Below are positions 1 to 13,659 of a DNA stretch of 64,000 nt, piece after piece; within the stretch, counting starts at the first letter, position 1; every line of letters starts with the position of its first letter. The DNA is from Tubiluchus corallicola. Lineage: Eukaryota; Animalia; Priapulida. The position numbers and the translations under genes were made by a program. The notes beneath the pieces were generated by a model. The model worked only from the letters and a program-made list of their open reading frames with translations. It was not told the origin of the DNA and did not search any database. Where the stretch lies: contig JAQGDQ010000732.1 in assembly GCA_030141605.1 (NCBI GenBank), forward strand, positions 41,751-105,750. Direction: 5' to 3'.

Positions 1-286
1 AAAGTTTTATATCTTCAAGCAAAGAAAACAAGAGCCATACTATTCAAAGACTTTTATAAACAATTGCGATGTTTAGAAAATGAGTCTCCTGTGAAGATAT
101 TTGTACTTGTCAGTGCTTCTGCCTTTGCAATTACACACGATTTTCCTTGTCACATTTTTTAAAATTCGCTATTTGATGACAGTTTAGGGGCTGCATTGCA
201 TGTAAAACTGGAAAAAAGTAGTATAATAACCACATGCATAGAATGTTATTAAACTGATGAGCAATACAACTCTTTATCATACTGAC

Positions 287-1120
287 CTGTCAATGTAAAT
301 GATATATGATTATGCTGAAAATCATATTTGAATATAGGCTCCCTTAATCGTGTTATTATTGGACTGTCATATATGCCAAGAAAATTGAAGTGCTTGTTGT
401 TTGAGAAGTCAAAATCTAATAAGGCTAGCTTCGCATTATCACGGATAATCAGATCCCGAAGATATACCATTTTGCTGAATGCCCTTTGATGTATGAAGAA
501 AAGTCTTTCATTGTAGGCTATTTCCAGTCGATTAAATTCAAATTCACTGTTGTGGATACAGTCCTTTTGCAGCCGCTGCAAATTTGTATAACGTATGATT
601 AGGCTAATAAGCTGACGTCCTTCTAGAAACCTTTCAGGAAGTTCAGAGTCTGCATAGTAATCGATGTAAAGATTTCGAAGTTTTATATCTCGTGGTTGTA
701 ATCCTGCTTGCAACCAAATACTGGGTAGTTCCAATTTACTGTAGTTTTTACAATTTACATCTTTATATTTGGCACCTACTGAAACATCGCATTTTGTTAA
801 ACTTAAAGAACTCGTTAAAGTTTTATAAGTTGTTGAAGTAAAGACACTTGTCGAGTTGATGCTGGTTGTTATATTCAGCTCTGACATTGTGGCGTTTGAT
901 GCCATCGCTGTTGTGTTCATCATCGTTGTATTTGCAGGTGACGTTGTTGTTTCTGATGCAAGGCAAAGAAAATTCTCATTTTCAAAATAAATGCATTCTT
1001 CTGTAAAATCACTGCGGCTTGCATTAAGCACTTCGTCAGGATAATAACAATCAACTATTGACTGTCTCCAATTTTGTGTCTTTATCCATAACAGCTGACA
1101 GTCGCAAATGAGGCAAAGGC
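287..1120 (-). CDS. LRR gene exon 7 (long Thr/Ser mucin-like linker); gene continues beyond left edge
   Basis: Acceptor TGCTTTCAG|GC, donor ACAG|GTCAGT. 834 nt, open. The linker is T/S-rich with NxT/S sequons. Confidence 0.8.
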
Positions 1121-1674
1121 CTGAAAGCATAAGAGAAATAACTATTTATATTTGTATTTATGAGTTTAACTGGTCACAGAGCAGTACCAGTTGTTAAGTT
1201 TTCCTGTGCTTGTAAACTTGCCTTTATTTTCATTTTCTCGTTTGTGTATAATTTATTTCTGATCAAATCAAATTGGATTAAATATTTTTTTTATTTTTTT
1301 CAAAGGCATTTATAAGCAGACCATTCCTCACTGCGAAAAACTGTATTTAGGGTTTCAAGGTTTAATTAGATCTTGCTTGCCGTGCTGCAAACAAAATAAA
1401 AATACTTTGTTTATATAATATAATCAAAGACTTATGTACGATATGATTATGTGATTAAATGTTTTATGAGAGATATATAAGATATAGGAAATTATTATAT
1501 ACTCACAACAGAATTTTACAAACAATTTTCCTGATTATCACATTTTTTAAAGTTCGCTATTTGATGCCAGTTTAGGGGCTGCATTGCACGTAAAACTGGA
1601 AAAAAGTAATATAATAGCCACCTGCGTACAATGTTTTTAAACTGATGAGCAATACAACTCTTTATCATACTGAC

Positions 1675-2385
1675 CTGTCAATGTAAATGATATATGATCA
1701 CGTTGAAAATCGTATTTGAATCTAGGCTCCCTTAATCGTGTTATTATTGGACTATCGAAAATGCCAAGAAAATTGAAATGCTTGTTATCCGAGAAATCAA
1801 AATCCACTGACATTAGCTTTGCATTGCCACGAATATGCAGTTCTCGAAGGTATACCACTTTGCTGAATGCCTTTGGATGTATGGAGGAAAGCCTGTCATT
1901 ATAAATTATTTCAAGTTGATTAAATTCAAATTCACTGCTGTGGATGCTATCCTTTTGCAGACTCTCCAAATTTGTGTAACGTATGATTAAACTAACAAGC
2001 TTATGTCCTAAAAGAAACCCTTGAGGAAGTTTAGAGTCTACATAATATTCTATGTAAAGACTTCGAATTTTTACATCTCGTTGTTGTAATCCTTCTTGCA
2101 ACCAAATTTTGGGTAGTAGCCATTTGGTGTAGTTTTTACATATGATGTCTTTATACGTGAAGGAAAATCTCACTTCACATTCCTTTGGACCAGTCGCCAT
2201 TGTTGTTGCTGGTGACCTCGTTATTCGTGATACATCACAGACCACAGTGTCATTTAGACACTCTTCAGTAAAATCGCTGTGACTAGCATTAAATGATTCA
2301 ACCGGATGATAACAATCAATTAACGATTGTCTCCAGTTGCCTGTCTTTATCCACAAAAATTGACAGTCACAAATTAGACAATTGC
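1675..2385 (-). CDS. LRR gene exon 6
   Basis: Acceptor TACTTGTAG|GC, donor ACAG|GTCAGT. 711 nt, open. Confidence 0.85.
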
Positions 2386-3052
2386 CTACAAGTACAAAAC
2401 AAAAGTATTTATCAAGAAAAATTTGAAAATTTTTCATTTCAGATTTGTTTTTGCAATTTTTTATGAAGGCTGATATTATCATTTGAAGCTGACTGGTTAT
2501 AGCTTTCATTGACAGGACCAGTTCAATTTTCCATCATCAGTATTAGCTAATTTTTTCTGCGCATTAGTAATATTATAATATCATATTGAAGCCTAATCAC
2601 CTTCTTTGTCATCGTAAATTTTAATAGTACTGATTTAATATTTTTAAATTACACTTTTAGGAACTATTCTTTTTACACTCATTAATCAACAAAAGAATTT
2701 GTAATGTGCAACAACCGGGCTTTATGGAGTTTGTACGAAAACCTCGAAATGTGAAAAAAGTGAAGAAGCTGCTTTGTGAACACACTTTGTTTGCTGTCCT
2801 TTTTGTTATGTTTTGCATCTCGGCAAATTAAATATTCATTTATGGTAAGTTCCAGTACTTTTTACAAGCAAGCTTTTGAGAGAATTACAAAAAGAATTAT
2901 AACATTAATAACGTATTCTTAAAATTTGTTTTTTAACACCAAATATTTATAAAGACCTGTTTGGCGTGCAAATGTGTGATGAAGGTTGATTGTACCCAGT
3001 CAGCTTGAACATTTTTAAATTGGTGAGCTATACATCTGATTACATTTCTGAC

Positions 3053-3271
3053 CTGTCGAGGTAAAGAGCATATGATCATGTTGAAGATCTTTTTTGAATC
3101 CAGGTTCCTTTAGGCGTGTTAATAATGGACTATCATATGCTTTGAGAAAACAAAATCTAGTGAGATTAGTTTTGCACTGTCACGAAGATGCAGCTCATGA
3201 AGATGTAGAATTTCACTGAATGTCCTTGGATGTATGAAGAGAAGTCTATCATTCAGTTTCAGTGCTGTAGA
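3053..3271 (-). pseudogene. Relic of the 3' part of an exon-1-like LRR exon
   Basis: Shares exon-1-specific words (gaatttcactgaatg, cagtttcagtgctgtagat, gaagatgcagctca) but has internal deletions. The flank at ~2690-2960 resembles intron 1 (~14840-15100). Confidence 0.75.
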
Positions 3272-5105
3272 TTTCCTGTATTTGGAGTTGGTACACCTGA
3301 TGACATGCTATTGGCTCACCCAAAGTGTTACGAAAACTTAAAACAACTTTTTGTTATTCAAAATATTTTTTTAAACACATGCAATTTTAATAGTAATTGT
3401 AAGACATGACCGGTTGAGAGCAACATACCCATTATTGTGACAACAAGCATATTATCTTAAGCAAATCTGTTAATTAAATAATGATGTGGACATGCTAGTA
3501 TTCTGGACTATGTTCTGGAAAAAACTCTAAATCAAATTACGAAGAAACATCATTATCAGAAATTTTCTAAAACTTTGTTAAGTTTCTTTTGCCTATTGTG
3601 TAGATTAATACAAACAACAGGTATTGGCTGTTACTGACCTTGTAATTTTCCATATTTATTTATACATCTGTGTCTTAATAGCAGTTAGGGTACCGATAGG
3701 AAGCTGTTGCAGATATCTTAGCAGCAACAACATATTAATTTTGTAACATTTTATTGGAATAGTATGAAGCCAATCTTTATATGCATATGGCTTACTTATC
3801 ATTGTTAGAAACCACACTTGTAAATCAATGACATATCCAATATCCAATTCTTTAAAAAGCAGTGTTAATTACTGAAGTAGCTACTCTCAAAAACGTAACC
3901 TAAAAATAGCAAATATTGATATGCATTTCATGCGAATGATAGAGTGATATTTTTGAACAAGTAGTCGACATTAATGTAAAAAAAACTAACAATTTCTGAA
4001 AATTATTATTTGGTTGCATGTTGACACTTCCATTTGAGAAACTATACTGTGACAGAATCACCTGTATTCAGCTGTAATTACATACAGATTGACAATGTAA
4101 ATGTTGAAGCATGCTTCATTCGTTTGTTAACTAATTCTGCTCTGGGTTAGTAGATAACTTTTCTTCCAAACAACCATTACCATCAAGGAATGTACGACTC
4201 CACTAAGTCTCATTTTTGATTTTTAATTTTAACACAAACAACAATTGCATGATGTAACCGATTTGGCCATTTTACACATGCTTTTCAGCATCATTGGCAT
4301 ATTTTCCACTTACAATCAGCAGTAAAATTACCAATTTGAAAAACGTGCTTTTCACCAAAGCAGGTATGTTAAAATTGCCTTATTTTTTGTTATAATATTG
4401 TAATTATAGTGACTACTGTTATAGATGCTTGTTTGTGACTGAAAGAAATGCACATTCTTAAATATCTGCAGAAGCATGGCTCTCTCTTGTCAAAAGCACA
4501 GTTAAACACTGAGGTGGTTGCACGCAAACAAGAAAGCTTTAAATAAATAAAATGACTTTCCCGTACGTTTTAGACAGCAGGAATATGATATATTTCAGAA
4601 AAGCCACTGGCACAAGCAACTAATGTCTTTTCCGAAAACTGATTCTAATGTATCTTGCCACTTGAATTTGGGTAATTATACTGTGAAGAAGCGATTCTAT
4701 TCAGCAATTGTAAGACAATGCTGATTGGTGCACAATCTTGCTGTGCTGAGTTTCTATTGGAATTTGCAAATTTGAGAAAGATAAATAGGCTGCACCGGGA
4801 ACACTTTTGTTTATTAGTTTTTTTAATAAATTCCACGTATAAATAAATTATATCTTTATAATTTGTTTTCAGGAAATTATATCATAAGACCTTATAAGCT
4901 GATACTACTTTCTGCTGATAAACTATTACGAGTTTGGCAATATAAGGAACGTGACATCACTATCACCTGTTCAAAAAAAATTTGTTTGTTGATGCAAAAT
5001 TGCTAGGCCTGGATAGCGCACGAAAGTACGATAAGTGTAGGCCAAAAGCAACCTACTGAGAATGTTATTAAATTAGCTAGCAATCCTCCACTTTAACATA
5101 CTTAC

Positions 5106-5822
5106 GTTTCAAGGTGAACGATATATGATCATGTTGAAAATCGTATTTGAATCTAGGCTCCTTTAGTCGTGTTATTGGACTATCGTAAATGCCAAGAAAA
5201 TTGAAATGCTTGTTATCTGAGAAATCAAAATCCACTGACATTAGCTTTGGGTTGCCACGAATATGCAGTTCTCGAAGGTATATGACTTTGCTGAATGCCT
5301 TTGGATGTATGAAGTAAAGTCTGTCATTATAAATTATCTCAAGTCGATTAAATTCAGATTCACTGCTGTGGATGCTATCCTTTTGCAGTCTCTCCACATT
5401 TGTATAACGCATGATTAAACTAATAAGCTTATGCCCTAAAAGAAACCCTTCAGGGAGTTCAGAGTCTACATAATATTCAATGTAAAGACATCGAATTTTT
5501 ACATCTCGTTGTTGTAATCCTTCTTGCAACCAAATTTTGGGTAGTAACCATTTAGTGTAGTTTTTACATATGATGTCTTTATATGTGATGGAAAACCTCA
5601 CTTGACATTCTTTTGGACTTGAAAAACCTGTCACCATAGTTGTTACTGGTGATGTCGTCGTTCGTGATACATCACAGGCCACAGTGTCATTTAGACACTC
5701 TTCAGTAAAATCGCTACGACTAGCATTAAACACTTCAACGGGATGATAACAGTCAATTAACGATTGTCTCCAGTTGCGTGTCTTTATCCACAAAAGTTGA
5801 CAGTCACAAATTAGACAATTGC
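5106..5822 (-). CDS. LRR gene exon 5
   Basis: Acceptor TACTTTTAG|GC, donor AAAC|GTAAGT. 717 nt, open. Confidence 0.85.
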
Positions 5823-7948
5823 CTAAAAGTAGAAAATAAAAGTATTTATCAAGAAAAATTTGAAGATTTTTCGTTTTTGATTTAGTTTTGCAATTTTTTA
5901 TAAAATTGTCAAGGCTAATACCATCATTTGAAGTTAAATAGCTATAGCTGACACTGACAGGAACACTTCAAATTTCCATCCACATTTTGAGCTACTTTTT
6001 TGCTCATTAGTAATATTGTATCCTTCTAATGAAAAAGACTTCTTGAAGCTCGCATCTCCTTTGTCATTATGCATATATTTTAGATTGTTTGAAATTTCGA
6101 CAGTATTGATTCAATATTATGAAACGAAACTTTTGGGAACTATCCTTCTTGCACACTTTTATGAACTTTAGCTGGATATAGAGTAATATTTCCATTATAA
6201 CTACCTGCCCTATAGTAAACATTTCTTGTATTTGGAGTTGGTACACATGGTATGATCAATGAGCAACATACACGTTATTGTGACAACAAGCATATTATCT
6301 TAAGCAAATCTGTTAATTAAATGGTGTGGACATGCTAGCATTCTGGACTATCTTCTGGAAAAAGCTTTAAACCAAAGTACAGAGAAACATCATCATCAGA
6401 AACGTCTAAACTTTGTTAATTTTCTTTTGCCTATTGTGTAAATTAATACAAACAACAGGTACTGGCTGTTACTGACTTTGTAATTTTCCATATTTATTTA
6501 TACATCTGTGTCTTAATAGCAGTTATGGTACCGATAGAAAGCTACTGCAGATATCTCAGCAGTAACAACATATTAATTTTGTAACATTTTATTGTAATTA
6601 TATGAAGCCAATCTTTATATGCATATGACTTTCTTATCATTGTTAGAAACCACACTTGTAAATCAATGACCCATCCAATATACAATTCTTTAAAAAGCAG
6701 TGTTAATTACTGAGGCAGCTACTCTCAAAAACGTAACCTTAAAATGGCAAATATGGATATACATTTTATGCGAATGATAGAGTGATATTTTTGAAGAAGT
6801 AGTCGACATTAATGCAAAACCAACTAACAATTTCTGAAAATTATTATTTGGTTGCATGTTGACACTTCCATTTGAGAAACTATACTGTGACAGAATCGCC
6901 TGTATTCAGCTGTAGTTACATACTGATTGACAATATAAATGTTGAAGCATGCTTCATTCGGTTGTTAACTAATTCTGTTCTGGGTTAGTAGATAACTTTT
7001 TCTTCCAAACAACCATTACCATAGAGGAATGTACGACTCCACTAAGTCTCATTTTTGATTGATTGGTTTTTAATTTTAACAAAAACAACTATTGCATGAT
7101 GTAACCGATTTGGCCATTTTACACATGCTTTTAAGCACCATTGGCATATTTCCGACTTACAATCAGCAGTAAAATTACCAATTTGAAAAACGTGCTTTTC
7201 ACCAAAGCAGGTATGTTAAAATTGCCTTATTTTTTGTTATAATAATGTAATTATAGCGACTATTGTTATATATGCTTGTTTGTGACTGAAAGAAATGCAC
7301 ATTCTTAAATATCTGCAGAAGCATGGCTCTCTCTTGTGAAAAGCACAGTTAAACACTGAGGTGGTTGCACGCAAACAAGAAAGCTTTAAATAAATAAAAT
7401 GACATTCCCGTACGTTTTAGACAGCAGGAATATGATATATTTAAGAAAATCCATTGCCACAAATGGCTAATGACGTTTCCGAAAACTGATTCTATTGTAT
7501 CTTGCCACTTACATTTAGGTAATTATACTGCGAAGAAACGATTCTATACAGCGATTGTATGACAATGCTGACAGGTGCACAGTCTTGCTGTACTGAGTTT
7601 CTATTGGACGTTGCAAATTTGAGAAAGATAAATAGGCTGCACCGGAAACACATTTCTTTATTAATTTTTTATTAAATTCTACGTATAAATAAATTATATG
7701 TTCATAATTGTGTTTTCAGGATATTATACCTTAAGACCTTATAAGTTGCTTGTACTTTTTGTTGGTAAACTATTAAGAGATTGGAAATATTAGGCACCAG
7801 CAGCGCTATCATCGTTCAAAAGTTTTTTGGTTGACGCAAAGTTCCTAGGCCTGGATAGCGCACAAAAGTACGATACGTGTTGGCCAATAGCTGGCTTCTG
7901 AGGACGTTATTAAAATTGGCAACCAATCCTCCACTTTAACATACTTAC

Positions 7949-8665
7949 GTTTCAAGGTGAACGATATATGATCATGTTGAAAATCATAATTGAATCTAGG
8001 CTCCTTTAGTCGTGTTATGGGACTATCATATATGCCAAGAAAATTGAAATGCTTGTTAGCTGAGAAATCAAAATCCACTGACATTAGCTTTGCATTGCCA
8101 CGAATATACAGATCTCGAAGGTATACCACTTTGCTGAATGCCCTTGGATGTATGGAGGAAAGTCTGTCATTATAAATTATCTCAAGTCGATTAAATTCAG
8201 ATTCTCTGCTATGGATGCTATCCTTTTGCAGTCTCTCCAAATTTGTATACCGTATGATTAAACTAATAAGCTTATGCCCTAAAAGAAACCCTTCAGGAAG
8301 TTCAGAGTCTACATAATTATCGATGGAAAGGCTTCGAATTTTTACATCTCGTTGTTGTAGTCCTTCTTGCAACCAAATTTTTGGTAGTAACCATTTAGTG
8401 TAATTTTTACATATGATGTCTTTGTACGTGATGGAAAATCTCACTTCACATTCCTTTGGACTTAAAAAACTAGTCGCCACTGTTGTTGCTGATGATCTCG
8501 TCGTTCGTGATACATCACAGGCCACAGTGTCATTTAGACACTCTTCAGTAAAATCGCTACGACTAGCATTAAACACTTCAACCGGATGATAACAATCAAT
8601 TAACGATTGTCTCCAGTTGCGTGTCTTTATCCACAAAAGTTGACAGTCACAAATTAGACAATTGC
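7949..8665 (-). CDS. LRR gene exon 4
   Basis: Acceptor TACTTGTAG|GC, donor AAAC|GTAAGT. 717 nt, open. Confidence 0.85.
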
Positions 8666-10131
8666 CTACAAGTACAAAATAAAAGTATTTATCAAGAAAA
8701 AATGAAGATTTTTCATTTTTGATTTAGTTTTGCAATTTTTCATAAAATTGTCAAGGCTAATACCATCATTTGAAGTTGAATAGCTATAGCTGACACTGAC
8801 AGGACCACTTCAAATTTCCATCCACATTTTGAGCTACTTTCTTTGTTCATTAGTAATATTGTATCATTCTAATGAGAATGACTTCTTGAAGCTCGCATCT
8901 CCTTTGTCATTATGCATATGTTTTAGATTGTTTAAAATTTCGACAGTATTGATTCAATATTTTGAAACGAAACTTTTGGAAACTATCCTTCTTGCACACA
9001 TTTATGAACTTTAGCTGGATATAGAGTAATATTTCCATTATAACTAACTGCCCTATAGCAAAAATTTCCTGTATTTGGAGTTGGTATACCTGATGACATG
9101 CTGTTGGCTCACCCAAAGTGTTACAAAAACTCGAAACAACAATGGTTATTCAAAATATTTTTTAACACATGCAACTTTAATAGTAATTGTAACACACGAC
9201 CAGTGGCGACTGCACGACTCCACCAAGACTCATTTTTGATTTACTTGTTTTTTTATTTTAACAAAAACAACAATTGCATGATGTAACTGACTTTGGCATT
9301 TTAAACATGCTTTTAAGCACCATTGTCGTATTTTCGACTTACAATCAGCAGTTAAATTACCAATTTGAAAAACGTACTTTTCACCAAAGTGCACATTTTA
9401 ACATTGTTTTATTTCTTTGTTATAATATTGTAATTCTAGGGACTGTTGTTATATATGCTTGTTTGTGACTGAAAGAAATGCACATTCTTAAATATCTGCA
9501 GAAGCATGACTCTCTCTTGTGAAAAGCACAGTTAAGCACTGGGGTGGTTGCACGCAAACAAGAAAGCTTTAAATAAATAAAAAGACTTTCCCGTACGTTT
9601 TAGACAGCAGGAATATGATATATTTAAGAAAAGCCACTGGCACAAGCGGCTAATGACTTTTCCGAAAACTGATTCTAATGTATCTTGCCACTTGAATTTG
9701 GGTAATTATACTGTGAAGAAGCGATTCTATTTAGCAATTGTATGACAATGCTGACAGGTGCACAGTCTTGCTGTACCGTGTTGTTATTGGAATTTACAAA
9801 TGTGAGAAAGATAAATAGGCTGCACCGGAAACACATTTCTTTATTAATTTTTTATTAAATTCTACGTATAAATAAATAATATGTTCATAATTTGTTTTCA
9901 GGAAATTATATCATAAGACCTTATAAGCTGATACTACTTTCTGCTGATAAACTATTACGAGTTTGGTAATATAAGGAACGTGACATCACTATCACCTGTT
10001 CAAAAATTTGTTTGTTGACGCAAAATTGCTAGGCCTAGATAGCGCACGAAAGTACGATAAGTGTAGGCCAAAAGCAACGTACTGAGAATGTTATTAAATT
10101 GGCTAGCAATCCTCCACTTTAACATACTTAC

Positions 10132-10839
10132 GTTTCAAGGTGAACGATATATGATCATGTTGAAAATCGTGTTTGAATCTAGGCTCCTTTAGTCGTGTTA
10201 TTGGACTATTGTAAATGCCAAGAAAATTGAAATGCTTGTTATCTGAGAAATCAAAATCCACTGACATTAGCTTTGGGTTGCCACGAATATACAGTTCTCG
10301 AAGGTATATGACTTTGCTGAATGCCTTTGGATGTATGAAGGAAAGTCTGTCATTATAAATTATCTCAAGTCGATTAAATTCAGATTCACTGCTGTGGATG
10401 CTATCCTTTTGCAGCCTCTCCAAATTTGTGTAACGTATGATTAAACTAACAAGCTTATGTCCTAAAAGGAACCCTTCAGGAAGTTTAGAGTCTACATAAT
10501 ATTCAATGTAAAGACTTCGAATTTTTACATCTCGTCGTTGTAATCCTTCTTGCAACCAAATTTTGGGTAGTAGCCATTTGGTGTAGTTTTTACATATGAT
10601 GTCTTTATACATGAAGGAAAATCTCACTTCACATTCCTTTGGACCAGTCGCCATTGTTGCTGCTGGTGACCTCGTCGTTCGTGATACATCACAGGCCACA
10701 GTGTCATTTAGACACTCTTCAGTAAAATCACTACGACTAGCATTAAACACTTCAACCGGATGATAACAGTCAATTAACGATTGTCTCCAATTGCGTGTTT
10801 TTATCCATAAAAGTTGACAGTCACAAATGAGACAATTGC
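10132..10839 (-). CDS. LRR gene exon 3
   Basis: Acceptor TACTTGTAG|GC, donor AAAC|GTAAGT. 708 nt, open; paralogous to exon 2. Confidence 0.85.
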
Positions 10840-12945
10840 CTACAAGTACAAAACAAAACTATTTATAAAAAAAATTTGAAAATTTTTCATTTTTGATTTA
10901 GTTTTGCAGTTTTTTATAAACTTGTCAAGGCTAATATCATCATTTGAAGTTGAATAGCTATAGTGGGCACTGACAGGACCACTTCAAATTTTCATCCACA
11001 TTTTGAGCTACCTTTTTGTTCATTAATAATATTGTATCATTCTAATGAGAAAGTCTTCTTGAAGCTCGCATCTCCTTTGTCATTATGCATATATTTTAGA
11101 TTGTTTGAAACTTCGATAGTATTGATTCAATATTTTGAAACGAAACTTTTGGGAACTATCCTTCTTGCACACTTTTATGAACTTTAGCTGGATATAGAGT
11201 AATATTTCCATTATAACTACCTGCCCTATAGTAAACATTTCTTGTATTTGGAGTTGGTACACATGGTATGATCAATGAGCAACATACACGTTATTGTGAC
11301 AACAAGCATATTATCTTAAGCAAATCTGTTAATTAAATGGTGTGGACATGCTAGCATTCTGGACTATCGTCTGGAAAAAGCTTTAAACCAAAGTACAGAG
11401 AAACATCATCATCAGAAACGTCTAAACTTTGTTAATTTTCTTTTGCCTATTGTGTAGATTAATACAAACAACAGGTACTGGCTGTTACTGACTTTGTAAT
11501 TTTCCATATTTATTTATACATCTGTGTCTTAATAGCAGTTATGGTACAGATAAGAAGCTACTGCAGATATCTCAGCAGTAACAACATATTAATTTTGTAA
11601 CATTTTATTGTAATTATATGAAGCCAATCTTTATATGCATATGGCTTTCTTATCATTGTTAGAAACCACACTTGTAAATCAATGACATATCCAATATCCA
11701 ATTCTTTAAAAAGCTGTGTTAATTACTGAAGTATCTACTCTCAAAAACGTAACCTTAAAATAGCAAATATGGATATGCATTTCATGCGAATGATAGAGTG
11801 ATATTTTTCAACAAGTAGACGACATTAATGCAAAACCAACTAACAATTTTTGAAAATTATTATTTGGTTGCATATTGACACTTCCAGTTGAGAAACTATA
11901 CTGTGACAGAATCGCCTGTATTCAGCTGTAGTTACATGCTGATTGACAATGTAAATGTTGAAGCATGCTTCATTCGGTTGTTAACTAATTCTGTTCTGGG
12001 TTAGCAGATAACTTTTCTTCCAAGCAACCATTACCATTGAGGAATGTACGACTCCACTAAGTCTCATTTTTGATTTATTGGTTTTTAATTTTAACAAAAA
12101 CAACAATTGCATGATGTAACCGATTTGGCCATTTTACACATGCTTTTAAACATCATTGGCATATTTTCGTCTTACAATCAGCAGTAAAATTACCAATTTG
12201 AAAAGCGTGCTTTTCACCAAAGCAGGCATGTTAAAAGTGCCTTATTTTTTGCTATAATATTGTACTTATAGTGACTGTTGTTTTATATGCTTGTTTGTGA
12301 CTGAAAGAAATGCACATTCTTAAATATCTGCAGAAGCATGACTCTCTCTTGTGAAAAGCACAGTTAAACACTGGGGTGGTTGCACGCAAACAAGAAAGCT
12401 TTAAATAAATAAAATGACTTTCCCGTACGTTTTAGACAGCAGAAATATGATATATTTACGAAAAGCCACTGGCACAAGCGGCTAATGACTTTTCTGAAAA
12501 CTGATTCTATTGTATCTTGCCACTTGCATTTGGGTAATTATACTGTGAAGAAGCGATTCTATTCAGCGATTTATATGACAATGCTGAGAGGTGCACAGTC
12601 TTGCTGTACTGAGTTTCTATTGGACGCTGCAAATTTGAGAAAGACAAATAGGCTGCACCGGAAACACATTTCTTTATTTATTTTTTATTAATTTCCACGT
12701 ATAAATAAATTATATCTTTATAATTTGTTTTCAGGAATTTATATCATAAGACCTTATAAGCTGATACTACTTTCTGCTGATAAACTATTACGAGTTTGGT
12801 AATATAAGGAACGTGACATCACTATCACCTGTTCAAAAATTTGTTTGTTGATGCAAAATTGCTAGGCCTGGATAGCGCAGGCCAAAAGCAAACTACTGAG
12901 AATGTTATTAAATTGGCTAGCAATCCTCCACTTTAACATACTTAC

Positions 12946-13659
12946 GTTCCAAGGTGAACGATATATGATCATGTTGAAAATCATACTTGAATCTAGGCTC
13001 CTTTAGTCGTGTTATGGGACTATCGTAAATGCCAAGAAAATTGAAATGCTTGTTATTTGAGAAATCAAAATCAACTGACGTTAGCTTTGCATTGCCTCGA
13101 ATATACAGATCTCTAAGGTATATCACTTTGCGGAATGCCCTCGAATGTATGGAGGCAAGCCTGGCATTATGAATTATTTCCAGTCGATTAAATTCAGATT
13201 CTCTGCTATGGATGCTATCCTTTTGCAGTCTCTCCAAATTTGTATACCGTATGATTAAACTAATAAGCTTATGCCCTAAAAGAAACCCTTCAGGAAGTTC
13301 AGAGTCTACATAATTATCGATGTAAAGACTTCGAGTTTTTACATCTCGTTGTTGCAATCCTTCTTGAGACCAAATTTTGGGTAGTAACCATTTAGTGTAG
13401 TTTTTACATATAATATCTTTATACTTGACAGCAAATCTCACTTCACACGCTCCTGGACTCGTAGAAAATGTTGTCGCCATTGATGTAGGTGGCGGCGTTC
13501 GTGATACAGCACAAACTACAGCGTCGTTTACGCATTCTTCGGTAAAATCACTGCGACTAGCATTAAATACTTTAAAGGGATGATAACAATCAATTACTGA
13601 TTGTCTCCAGTTGTGTGTCTTTATCCACAAAAGTTGACAGTCACAAATTAAACAATTGC
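12946..13659 (-). CDS. LRR gene exon 2 (LRRCT of previous domain + Thr linker + LRRNT + LRRs)
   Basis: Acceptor TACTTGCAG|GC, donor GAAC|GTAAGT. 714 nt, open. Starts NCLICDCQLLW (LRRCT motif). Confidence 0.85.
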
